From Pelomyxa schiedti (Eukaryota; Protista; Evosea): a DNA stretch of 32,693 bases. The DNA is taken from assembly GCA_020536535.1 (NCBI GenBank), contig JAHLWZ010000990.1:1-32693 (forward strand). The letters are read 5' to 3'. Each line of letters opens with the position of its first letter. Within the stretch, counting starts at the first letter, position 1. Below, one piece after another: positions 9,351-20,758 of this stretch. Made by a program: the position numbers and the translations under genes. Under the pieces are notes generated by a model. It was not told the DNA's origin. It searched no databases and saw only the letters and a program-made list of their open reading frames with translations.

Positions 9351-12300
9351 ATGGACGAGTATCCGGACGAAATACGACGCCTGCCGCTGCCTGTTGTCGG
9401 CGTCGTTGGTGGATCTCTCCAAGTCAACAACGTTTCTCTGGAGTCCATGCTGTTCGCCGCCACGTGTCAGGCGCAACTCGCGCACTACCAGTCCGCATCA
9501 GGCACCCAGATCTCCTCCAGCACCACGACCTCAAGCAGCCCCAATACCAACAACACTACCACAACGAGCGCGATCTCTGCCGTCGTTGGCGGCGGCACCT
9601 CGCCCGTCTCGGGTGGCGGCGGCGGCGCGAGCTCCGTCGGCGCCACGAGCGGCGGCGGCGTTGTGGGTGGTTTGGCGACGCCGGGCGGCGTGAGCGCGAC
9701 GCCTGCTGTTGCCGCGGCTGTCGCGGCGGCTCCTGCGTCGAGTAGTAGTTCCTCTTCTTCTTCTTCTGGGCAGCCGACTATGCTGAATTCTTTGTATCAC
9801 GCAATGCAACATTTGGCCTTGTGCCACCAGAAGCGCGGCGGCGACCATGGATTGACAAACGAGCAACAGTTGAACATTTTGCAGTCTTTGCTGCCTACCG
9901 CAAAGTCGCCTGCTCTACCACTGTCTTTGCAGCAGCAATTGAATCAAACCCAACAACAGATACAGGCACAGCAAGGTCTGCCTGTGGCAATTCCTATTCA
10001 CGGGAGATTAGCTGTTCATTCTCTTGCGGATGTAAACTTGCTCCCTGGCGAGAAGAAAAAAAAAGAACTGGATGGCTATTTACCACATGGGTTGTTGAAA
10101 TCTTCTTGGTTGTTCAAAAAAAGGGGCTGGGTACCCCAACAACTTGGAGCCTCTGTGGAAACAGAAGAAGCTCCATCCTCGCCTTCGATTCAAAGGAGCA
10201 CCACAACACCGATATCATCTCCTGTACAGATTCCTTCAACAGGTGAACGTGATACCCAAAATCAGGAACCAAGTGAAACCTCACCTGGTTTAAATGCCGA
10301 GATTTCCTCTCCACTCCCGCTTCCTGGGTCTCTTACTGTTGGAAGTCCATCGGGAACTTCTCTTGGATCTTCCCCACCTCGTCCCTTTAGCTCTATTCCT
10401 GCCATCCCCTCAACTTCGCCTCCAGTACCCGCTTCAGGGTTGGTTGGAGTCGTAAAGAATCGGTCCAGAAAATGTTCGCCTGCCTGCGTCGTGCTGTTCT
10501 TCCAATTGACTGATGAGCGACAGTGGCCACAAAAGCAAACTGAAATTCTTTCTGCCGTCCAGCAATCTAGGCAAGTCTCATTGGGGTTGACAGCAAACTA
10601 ATACATTATCTTCCAGGAGACTTCTTAGAGGCCGATCCACAAAGATCATTGTTTCCCTTATACTCAATACATCTGTTGGTATTTCGTGAAGCTGTCTTTT
10701 TTTTCCCACCTTTTCACTTGCATCTACAAGCTGATGTAAATGACGAACATGTTGCTCTTCTGAAAAAAAACTCTGCCCACGATGAGATCTTTCTTGCTTG
10801 TGGCACTGCTGAAGTAAAGGTATCATTTGTCACTCTGGTATGATCTGACTGGGAGCAAGGCACATATCGCCCACATAGAAAAGACAGCGCATGAAGCGGC
10901 CCTCACACACTACGCCAAAGAGATTCACAAGAAAATCGGGATTCTTTCACATGTTACGAAGTCAGCAAGTGTATGCAACTCCACTTTTATTCGAAACCCA
11001 TATTTTTAACCCGAAAATAGCCCTTAACATTGAACACTCGAATTTCCTTCAAAATTGCCCACCTTAATGAATTCCGTCAAGATACTCCTCAAGCCATAAA
11101 GTAAAACATATTGAAACCACTCCTCCCCTTCCCGATTTAACCAGTAAATAAAACAGGTACTATCAACAAGCTTACACGCAGCTGAGGGAATTAAAGCAAA
11201 CAGAGGAGAAGCGGCAGGATCAACTGGGTTCGATCACACTGAACGAGATTAAACTTTGTAAGACCTGGTGCTTTCTTTTATTTATTCTCATGGTTTTTGT
11301 CAGTGGCCGATTGGATAAATTTCAAAGTGATACCTACCCATTTCCTTTTTGAACCATTAATCATATATTGAAGCTGGTGACAATGCACTACTTGCTAACA
11401 CAAAACCTCTCGGAGGCAGTACAACAGTTTCACAAGCACATGCTTACATACAAGAGGATTGTAAATTTACCCGAGATAGAATTTGACCACTGGGGCTGGG
11501 TGGCCAAACAGTAAAAAACATTCCTGGTAAAATCCACGTTTATTAATTCATTTCTTTCTCTTTTTTTTCATGGAAAGGTACAAAGCTTTTGCTGAAATTT
11601 TGCAGTTAATTCCTACCTTAATTCCAGCCTACAGAGGGCAAAGGCATCCGAGTTTTTATTATCAGGTATGAAAGCATGTTGTACAGATGTATTCAAAGTT
11701 GTAATGACACCCACTTTTTTGTAGGCTGCTGCCCAGTATACAATGGAACGACGAAGACACGCTTCTGTGGCCTGTGAGGTGTTACATGTTTCGTACTAAA
11801 AGTACTAAGTACTCATCTCCGCTCACAGCCACTGAGAGAATCTCCCCTCTTGCCAGATGTGAAACACCTCCCAAAGGCGCCGTACATGAAATTAGATTAT
11901 ACTGCCCAATTCTACCTGGGCCAGCTTGGTAGTTCGAGTAAGTGATCAGGTAGTTCCAATACGATTGACACACTTCATATAGATTCAACCGCAGTCGATT
12001 ATAAGGTGAAGCACTCTCACACCGAGCATGTATATGCCCTTATTGCATACGAACTTTATTGTGTGGACCATACCAGATTTGCATTAAGTCTTTATAATGC
12101 TGCATTCACAGAATATATGGTAGGTTTCATACCTTCATGCGCATTCTCTAATCTTGTTTGTATCAGTCTGTACCGCATGTCAAGCGAGCCATGTGCTCTC
12201 TGTCATGCCAAATTGCAATTTGCCACTATCAACTTGAAGAATGGGAAAAAGCTAAATCGTATAGTTTTCTGTTTACTTGTACAAAAAAAGTGACAGTAAT

Positions 12301-14960
12301 TAGGATTACTGATAAGTTAGCTGAGAATTACCGAAATGAGCAGTGGTGGGACATGTTAGCAGTGGTGATAGCCATATCCAGAGACTGTGCCAGGAGAATT
12401 GGGGGGGATCGTCATACACCTCATTTCATTTCCACCAGTTTGGAACTTCTCCTTCCATGTATGCCATTGGTTGAAGTTTTCGCGCTAAGTTGTTTAGATA
12501 TGCCAACCACTGAATTAGAGAAGAAATGTATACAAAGCTCAATCACTCGGGTTATCGATGTACGTTCACCAAAGCTTTGTTGTAGTCGTGAAGTTAACAA
12601 CAAGACACACAGAAAATTATAGGCACTGATATTTCGACTTTCAGAAAACCTGCACTGCATTTTGGAAAATCAATGCCAGATTTAATGCTAACTAATGTAG
12701 AAAAGCTTTCCTTGAGTTCATCATTGCGCATTAATTTAGCGCAAAGCTACCCCCTATGTAGTCAACTCGATTAACAAATCAACCTCTGATCTAGTGATCT
12801 AGTATCCTGTGAAGTGTATTGGAAGCAAACTGTTGTATGTGCGGGAGATCCACTCGTTTTTATGGTAAAGATTACATCAAGATTTGTTTCAGAAATTCGT
12901 TTTTCCTTGGTATTAGCTCCATGAAACTTCTATCGAAAAAAAAAATGACTTCCCCATCAGCTCCGAGCGATATTTCAGGACACCCGATTTTCAACCACGT
13001 GGACCAACAATCCTCCAACATCTTCCCCCAACCCTACTTCCATATTATCTGCGGATCTCCTTTTAGCACCTGGTGCACAAAAAGTATTTACATGTGAAAT
13101 TGTTCCGAAAGACCTAGACCACTTAGAGGTATCTAGCAAATGTTAGTTTACGTTACCTGATATTAGTACAGTGCATGGCAGTTACTCTGGCCTATGGAAG
13201 TGATTCTGGTCCCTATCTGGAATTTGCTTGGAAAGTTAGTGAATGGACCCAAATGAACACTGATCCGTGCTATAAGCCAGTGACATCTGTGAGGTTGGTT
13301 CTGGAGTTCTTAAACAAGAAATAAAAGGATACTCAACCAATATTTTAGGATTACTGAAAGACCATCACATCTAAAAATATCGGTAGTACACACATCACCT
13401 GCACTAATAGATGAGCTGTATGAGTGCGCAATTTCTCTGAAGAATAATGAAGAACGTTCCATACAAGGAGGTTCTATCATGTTCGAAATTAGTACTGCTT
13501 CTCAGTTTTTGTACTCCACTCATCCTTTTATTTTTTTTCGTGCAACAAAGGAGACAACCCAATCTATCTCTTTGATATGAATGGAAATAAGCATCCTGTC
13601 AGTTCTTTGAATTTCAATCAAATTCCCCACATGGGCACATTTACCACAAGTATCTTTGTTCAATGCCAGGATTTATCGGAGAAAATGTTGCAGATTAAAG
13701 TTAGTACTGTAGCTAACAGTTTACTTTGAAAACCACCATTCAAAAAGGTCGTATATACAACAGATGATGGATACCGAACAAGCACAACCCACTCAGAATC
13801 TATAATACCCCAGAAGCCGTTTCTAACGAGATTCAATTTCTTTGATGCTGATACTCTTCTTCCAGTATCGCCACTGGCACAACCACAACCAATAAGCCCC
13901 TCAACACCGAATACTGCTGCAAACAAAACTGCAGCCAATTTACTTGCCTCCAATCCGACAACTTGCTTATCATTATCCAAACCCTTCCTTGTGAATATGG
14001 TGTTGCAACCACATGCTTCAACCACGTTTCCTTTGCATCTGCACGAACTAAGTCTAAACATTGTAGGTGCGCCACTTTTCCCGTTTCCACTCACAATACA
14101 AGGCATCCAGTAACAGCAACGAAATTGCTGTCAAGCTTCTTGCAGTGACACCGGCATTAAGAGCTCAACCTTCATCTGGTTTTCTTTATTCAAGTCCTTC
14201 AATGTTTTCGCGTTAACCAGAATATTGCAGATACTTTGTTCTCCCTCACTAGGGATCAACAACACAACTCGTGGTTCATGCTTGAAGCACAACCACCAGA
14301 TTCGTCTGCATGTTCTTCCACGCCTCCTCCGCCATCATCTCCTGGTCGCGGCGGGGCAAGTCAAACTTCTTCAAAAAAGCTCACCCCTCTGGGAACTCTT
14401 AATCTTGTTTGGTCAAGATCACCGGCCTCTCCCCACAGAGTTACAACCGCAGTCTCATTTCCGAAGGTGGAATTCACTAACCCCCCTTGGCGGTGGCACA
14501 TTGGTAAGAGGACCCTTAGTAGTATTTCTGTAATCTCATCGCCGCAGAAAACGACACTGAAGGAGTAGTTGGAGTTCCGTTGAACGCAACACTAGTGATA
14601 TCAAATTTCGCAGCACAACCACAGGTCCGGGGTCACTGTTCTCAAATACAAGGACACAAACCTCACGCTTACTAGGATTTTATTATGCAAGTCAAGGACC
14701 ATGGGAAGTTCCTTGTTGCCGGCATGGTCTCATGCAACAATCTAACCGTACCACCTCACAACACAGTCCGGTTCCCTCTGTGCTTCATCCCGCAGGCGGC
14801 CGGAAGCCAGTGCCTTCCTCCTATCTGCGTGGCACCTAAAGCACTCTGTGAGCTTATGCCGAATGTCTCGGTGGTTTTCTCCAGTTGTGCTCCCCCCGTT
14901 ATCTACCCGAAACCAGTGTTCATCAGACCCTGCACATCGCCATGCACATACCTCAGATAA
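9351..14960 (+). CDS. TRAPPC11: Trafficking protein particle complex subunit 11 (foie gras), many exons
   Basis: N-terminus MDEYPDEIRRLPLPVVGVVG, then GLLKSSW, PACVVLFF, FKIAHLNEFRQD..AIKYYQQAY, ADWINFK, EAVQQFHKH, HWGWVAKQYKAFAE and HPSFYYQAAA. C-terminal FIPQAAGSQCLPPI. Confidence 0.9.
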
Positions 14961-15189
14961 TAAATCTCATCAAACTCGACACAAAAAAAACTTGGCTTTT
15001 TAAGGGTGCAATTGTAAACCTTCTATCGTTCTCGTTAGAAGAGTGGTTTTCTGACGAAAACCGGAAAATCAGAGACTGAGGCCGCCATCAGGGTTCAAAT
15101 CTGAAGAAAAGCACCGAAGAAACAAAAAGAAACACTTTCAAAAAAAAAACCAAGAACAAACAAGGTGCGCGGTGTACCGGTGTCGACAA

Positions 15190-16071
15190 ATGGCAGCGAC
15201 GTCCTTCCAATATGAAGAAACCGTAGTTGAAACCACCGTCGAGACCACCGAGGAAGAACTAACAACAATTGAAGAAAGCCCACTCTCGTGAGTTTTTTTT
15301 TTTTTGAGATCTACAAGATCACACAAAGCTACTCTTATCTTGTTGCTGTAGTTTGTTGTTAACCTTTATTTTTTCTTTTCCCCTCTACTGCAGGAAATGG
15401 GAGCGGGAACATACTGAAATGTTGTTGGGAAGGGCAGAAAAGTCGGAACAACTACACAGAGAGATGTTGAGCAAGGCTAAAGAGGATGTAGCCGAGTTTT
15501 ATGCTGAAAGAGAGAAAGCAATAAAGGCAAAGCAAGCTCAGAATGAGTGAGCATCCTGTACCAACACAGCACGCGCGTTTTGTCTATATATTCACACTAT
15601 TGTGTTTGCTTGATGGGATGGGTAATAATTCACCAAATGTACAATTTTCAACAAAGTTCAAAAAGCCTAACCGCCAAATACCTAAACCCAAACAACAAAA
15701 CGAAAACCACGCGCTCTCTAAACCGACAAAACAACACTAGAAACAACCAAATAACTAACCCTTTTTTGTTTTTGTTATTCTCTCTGTGCAGGGAGTCAGA
15801 AACCCAGTTCCGCGCCAGCCAAGAAACCCTGTTCACTCACGGCACAGTCTGGGAACAAGTGGCCTCAATGGTTGACTTTAGCGGAACCGCTCAAATGCTC
15901 TCACGCAAAAAACTTGCCGCCGCCGCAGCAGCCGCTGCCGCAAGCGCCGACAAATCCAACACAACAACACCCACGAGCTCTTCTACTGCCGCTGCTGTAC
16001 CTGAATTGGAGAAGGAAGACACCACCAGAATGCGTTCAGTTCTCATCAGTCTCAAGGCAACAAAGGATTGA
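15190..16071 (+). CDS. CLC: Clathrin light chain, 3 exons
   Basis: Acidic N-terminus, KWEREH coiled coil with KAKEDVAEFY, WEQVASMVDF and C-terminal DTTRMRSVLISLK. Introns at about 15288-15393 and 15547-15791. Confidence 0.9.
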
Positions 16072-16144
16072 TTCGGATTTGTTTGGAGTTGGGTGTGGAT
16101 TTGACTTCACAACACAAAAACCGCATTTTTCTTGTTGCTTTTCT

Positions 16145-18322
16145 TCATCTTTTTATGTCAAAGACGCGTACTGTGCCGTCTCTGTAGCCGGCTGCTAGTC
16201 TCGTCCCGTTGTTGTTCCAACATACTTCATTCACACCGGTATCAGTTTGGTATGTGCGAATAAGGGTACCGGTCTGCAATGAGTGAGAATGGAGTACGGG
16301 TATCAATGGAGTGGCTAAATGGTACCTTTACTGACCACAAGGCTACGGAATCGTCGTTTGTTCCGGTTGCTAAGTAGGTACCGTCAGGACTGAATGACAG
16401 TGTGATAACGGGTCCCCTGTATGGGTGTGAGTGATTAGTTTCAGGTGCAGGTGTTCTTACACGTGGTGCTTCAGGGTGTAGGTGCACTTCCCAACATTAA
16501 CATCCCATAGTTTAACTGTGGTGTCCATCGAGCCCCTAATTTTCGTTAAAAAAACCTAGGAAATAGGTGTGCTATACGTGGCTATTAGTGGATTGGCAGA
16601 AAATAATCCAGGGCTCCATTTGAGTGTGTATATTTCTCTTGTGTGTTCTGCGAAAGTGTGTGCACAAACAACTCTATCATTTTTAATATCCCAGACCTGT
16701 GTTGACATCAGCGAAGATAGAAAAAGGAAAAGTCTTACTTTGGCAGTGCGATCATCTGAACAGGATGCAAGGAGCAGGCCATTTGGGTCCCACTTGATCA
16801 CATTCACTTCAGATTCGTGTCCTTCTAATCTCATTGTTGGTTTTTTACTCTTGAGGTCACATATGCATATAGGTCCTCTGGCACTGGAGGAAGCAAAGGA
16901 GGTAGCATTTCGCCAGTCAACATCCAGTATAACTCCAGAATGACAGTTATATTGCTGAACGATTTCTCCTGTTTGGGCGTCCCATACGACCATTGTTTTG
17001 TCTTCTAAAATGGTGTAAACAGGAAGTAGTTGTGTGGAAACTAATGTATACCAGATCCTGTGAGAATATAGTTTCCATTTGGGTTCCATTTAAGACACAT
17101 AATGCTCCCTTTGTGCTTGGAGAGGGACAGCACTGGCGCGCCTTGGGCAGGATTTGTCTTGCTCTTTGCTTGTTCAGTGGGGGGTGTATACCTTGTTTTG
17201 TCCATATTCTGGCTATACCATCAGAAGTTCCAGTAGCAAGGTGACTGCCTGATGCCTGTGTTTTTTTCAGTGCCAACACCCCGAAAGGTAGCTTACATTC
17301 CAATCCAAGCTCTTAATGTATTGATTTTCGCCCTCAATTTGAGGGTGTTTGAGTAATCTATAAGTCGAAGGTGATGATGTCAGATTCCATATTCTGGCTG
17401 TTGAGTCTCCAGACCTGTACATTCATTATGACAGTTGTCTCCCCACAGTGTTGAACACACCCAGAAGCAAGGATGTCAGATTCTGGATTCCACGAACAGG
17501 ACACAATCTGAGTGTGGTTTAATTCAAAGGAGAGAGCAGGAATTCAGGTGTGACACACCTCTGCTTTGTGACCACCCAGTAGGGTTGTGTCAAGCGATGA
17601 CTTGGCTGGATCTACTTCCATTTTGCTGTCATCCCCCAGGTTAGTTGAGGTACTACGTGCAGCTGTCTGATTTGCTTCCACGGTGACTGCTGCTCCTTCA
17701 TTTCCATTTTTTGGGGAAGATGAAGGAGAAGCTCCTGTCTGGGCGGCAGCAGTAGTTAAGGTGCCTGCCCCGGCTTGTAATCTCTTTGACTTGCACTTAT
17801 GTGTGTTCACAAGCGAAAAAGGCTCTTCACAGTCTGCAACAACACTGCCATCCTGTGGCCAAATACATAGTCAGCAAAAAATGCACTGTAGAAGGGAGGG
17901 TGGTCACCAGTTTAACGTGGGTCTCTATAGCATAAAACTGCAAACCTTTTTGCAGAAAAGATACCAAAGACCCAAAAGGTATTTCCACTGACTCTGGTGC
18001 CACATATTCCGTCTCATTAGCGAAAACAAATGCACTATGCTCGTAACCTATTAACAGTCAAAAACATACAACATGAATTCTACTATTCTACTTCCAATGA
18101 AATAACAACAACCCACAAATGTGACAAAAAAAAAAAAAAAAAGGAAAAAGGGAGAAGAGCTTTTTTGGAAAAAAAAAAAAAAGGAAAAAGAGCAGACAAC
18201 TAGATCGCACCCGACTCAACCAAGTAGTGCAATATTAGTTCATTGATATGCTTTGCAGTTACGACAGGCACCTGCTCCATTCCCAGATCCACTCCTGCTG
18301 ATTGGTTCATCTCGGTCACCAT
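16145..18322 (-). CDS. TBL1XR1: TBL1/TBLR1/Sif2-family LisH + WD40 protein (NCoR/HDAC3 complex subunit)
   Basis: LisH INELILHYLVESG/YEHSAFVF; LVSFLQKGLQF; WD repeats SGDSTARIW, LATGTSDGIARIW, LDVDW, GHESEVNVIKWDPNGLLLASCSDDRTAK and EIYTLKWSP. Ends ...VRVFDIKR*. Confidence 0.9.
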
Positions 18323-18485
18323 CCTCCTCCCTCTGGTCTGTACGTTATGTATGCTGCCGGTGATGATGTCAGTCCCCTCACTCACTCACACGTAGCGTTG
18401 TGTTGGTTGGTCTATGCCACGGTCCTACACGGCACCCGGCTAACCCAGCAAATTCTTCTTGCTTTTTTATTTTTGTTTGTGTTCT

Positions 18486-18827
18486 TTTTTTTTTTTTTTG
18501 TGCCATTTGAGGTCGTGTTGAGGACAAAAGGGTTTGGAAAAATCTATTATTGTTTTATTCGTGTCCAAAGACACTGTTGGGTGATGCTTTGTGGTTTGTT
18601 TGGTGTNNNNNNNNNNNNNNNNNNNNNNNNNNNNNNNNNNNNNNNNNNNNNNNNNNNNNNNNNNNNNNNNNNNNNNNNNNNNNNNNNNNNNNNNNNNNNN
18701 NNNNNNTTTTTTTTTTTTTTGTGCCATTTGAGGTCGTGTTGAGGACAAAAGGGTTTGGAAAAATCTATTATTGTTTTATTCGTGTCCAAAGACACTGTTG
18801 GGTGATGCTTTGTGGTTTGTTTGGTGT
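18486..18827. other. Assembly gap (100 N at 18607-18706) flanked by an identical 121-nt duplication
   Basis: 18486-18606 equals 18707-18827. Confidence 0.9.
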
Positions 18828-18844
18828 TCAAAAAGGGTTGTGCC

Positions 18845-19751
18845 TCAGGAAGCAAATTTACAGACAAAGTCAAAACCCTTTTTGGGTAAGTGTGAGTGAG
18901 TTGGTGCAAAATAGGCGAAATGAATACCTCATCAAAGGAACCGGTGGTTGCTGAGCCTGTAAGAGCGGAACAGGCGCAGATGTGCCACGGTCTGTGCAGG
19001 GAGGCAAGGCCAAGCTTTTCAGATATCTGTTCCACACCTTGAAATGTTGGGAGGTCTGCCTTGTTAGCGAGAACAAGCACAGGGAGGTCTGGACTGCAGG
19101 AAGTGGAAAGGAATCCGTGAAGCTCACACTGAGCCATTAGAAACTGATCAGGGTCGCTGCCATCTACAACAAAGATGAGAGCGTCTCTATCTGCGGCATG
19201 CTATTTCAATGAGAGATAAGTGGTGGATAATTGACGGATGGGTACATGTCTCCATAGGGATCGAATTTTCTCATGGCCTCCAACATCTCTCAAAGTAATC
19301 CTCGTTATTTTGTGTACAAATTCCTCCACATTAAATCCAATTGTTGGAGTTGTAGGTACAACCTTGTAAAGGGGTTTTCCCGTTGTTGATTTTTTCACTT
19401 GGAGACATACCTCATTTCGTTTTAGTTTGTGCAGTAGAGCAGTTTTTCCTGCTCCGTCAAGTCCCACCTAATAATATACCACATAAGTCACTTGATCCAC
19501 TAACTACGGTGGGGAAAAAAACGCACCATAAGGGCAGATAGTCTCTGCGTAATTCCGGCAGCCTTGTCAGCATCTTCTGCCTCCTTCCTCTTCTTTTGGT
19601 CGTCCATCTCCTGCACCAACGAGATGACGCAGGGCTCGCAAACGTACTGGTCGGATGTGAGGTGGTAAATGACTTTCTCGCGCGGAAATCCGGCATCTCC
19701 GCACATCGCGCACTCAAACGTCTCCTTCGTGTCGCTGGTTTGCGTCGCCAT
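18845..19751 (-). CDS. ARF-family small GTPase with an N-terminal C4 zinc-finger-like extension, multi-exon
   Basis: G1 GLDGAGKT, switch [12 protein letters not shown]3 DVGGH, IFVVD, G4 NKAD, G5 CSA and spliced C-terminus [11 protein letters not shown]-terminal CAMC-x20-CEPC. Confidence 0.88.
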
Positions 19752-19944
19752 TGTCGTTTGGATTTTGTGGTTTTTTTTTGTTTTGTGTTTGTTTGGGTTG
19801 GTTTCCTTTGGCAGGCGCGAATTAATTTCCCGGCTTCTGTGTTTGGAAGAGGAAACAACAAAATCCTCGAGATAGAGGGATGGGTGCTGATGAATTCTTT
19901 CTTTTTTTTCCCCATTTGTTTGTGTACAGTCACTAGGAGGTTCT

Positions 19945-20616
19945 CTACCTCAACATTGTGAGTAACATCTTGAATCTCTCAGCAGCATGCACAGAATGAG
20001 GAACATTAGCAGGCAACAAAACCATTTGGCCTGGTCCTACGTCGTGCACTGTCTTGTCAATGGTTATCTGAGCTCGCCCNNNNNNNNNNNNNNNNNNNNN
20101 NNNNNNNNNNNNNNNNNNNNNNNNNNNNNNNNNNNNNNNNNNNNNNNNNNNNNNNNNNNNNNNNNNNNNNNNNNNNNNNTGAGTAACATCTTGAATCTCT
20201 CAGCAGCATGCACAGAATGAGGAACATTAGCAGGCAACAAAACCATTTGGCCTGGTCCTACGTCGTGCACTGTCTTGTCAATGGTTATCTGAGCTCGCCC
20301 GGCAATCACCTGTTTTTTTGTTGTTTTATGTGGTCAGCATTATATAATCCAAGACTCCACTCTCTTTGAACATTCACAAAACCTGTATTATTGCAGAGTA
20401 TGGAGTACTGTGCTCAGATAAGCCTTGGCTCGCCTCAAACGCAAACACGGTGAGTGTTCCAGTCGGCTTTGTAAGCAGCGTTTTGCTGACCACACACCTG
20501 AAGAGCATTATATAAAGAAAGCCCATTTGGTTACCACAAACTAGCAGAATAGAAATGCCATACCCTGACGAGTAGTCGACAAGTGTCTCCAGCCCGTATA
20601 CAGTTCCCGCGTCCAT
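19945..20616 (-). CDS. Small cupin-domain protein (prokaryotic cupin_2-like), 2 introns; last exon duplicated by an assembly gap
   Basis: VVSKTLL..TLTVFAFEASQGLSEHSTP..AIIQVIAG..PANVPHSVHAAERFKMLLTMLR*. The stop lies in the left copy at 19945. Confidence 0.85.
19959..20300. other. Assembly gap (100 N at 20080-20179) flanked by an identical 121-nt duplication
   Basis: 19959-20079 equals 20180-20300, the same overlap length as at the first gap. Confidence 0.9.
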
Positions 20617-20758
20617 GTGTCGTGCAGTACCTCCCAAACTTTCCTTTACTGCTTTTCTTTATTATTTTGTTTTTGGTTTTCAGTGGGGGTTTTTCCTTTT
20701 CTTCTTAGGGCAGAGTAATTTTTACATGTCGGTTCGCGTAACGACGGCTGAAAGGTCT

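Noticed and set aside
9394-9866. Overlapping Arg/Ala-rich ORFs in alternative frames
   Set aside because: These are shadow ORFs of the GC-rich low-complexity TRAPPC11 exon.
15547-15791. snoRNA in the long second intron of clathrin light chain
   Set aside because: I found no convincing box C/D pair or H/ACA hairpins. The intron is mostly A/C-rich low-complexity sequence.
18486-20300. Apparent tandem duplications of the ARF 3' flank and the cupin last exon
   Set aside because: Both are exact 121-nt overlaps on either side of 100-N gaps, the signature of unmerged contig ends rather than biology.
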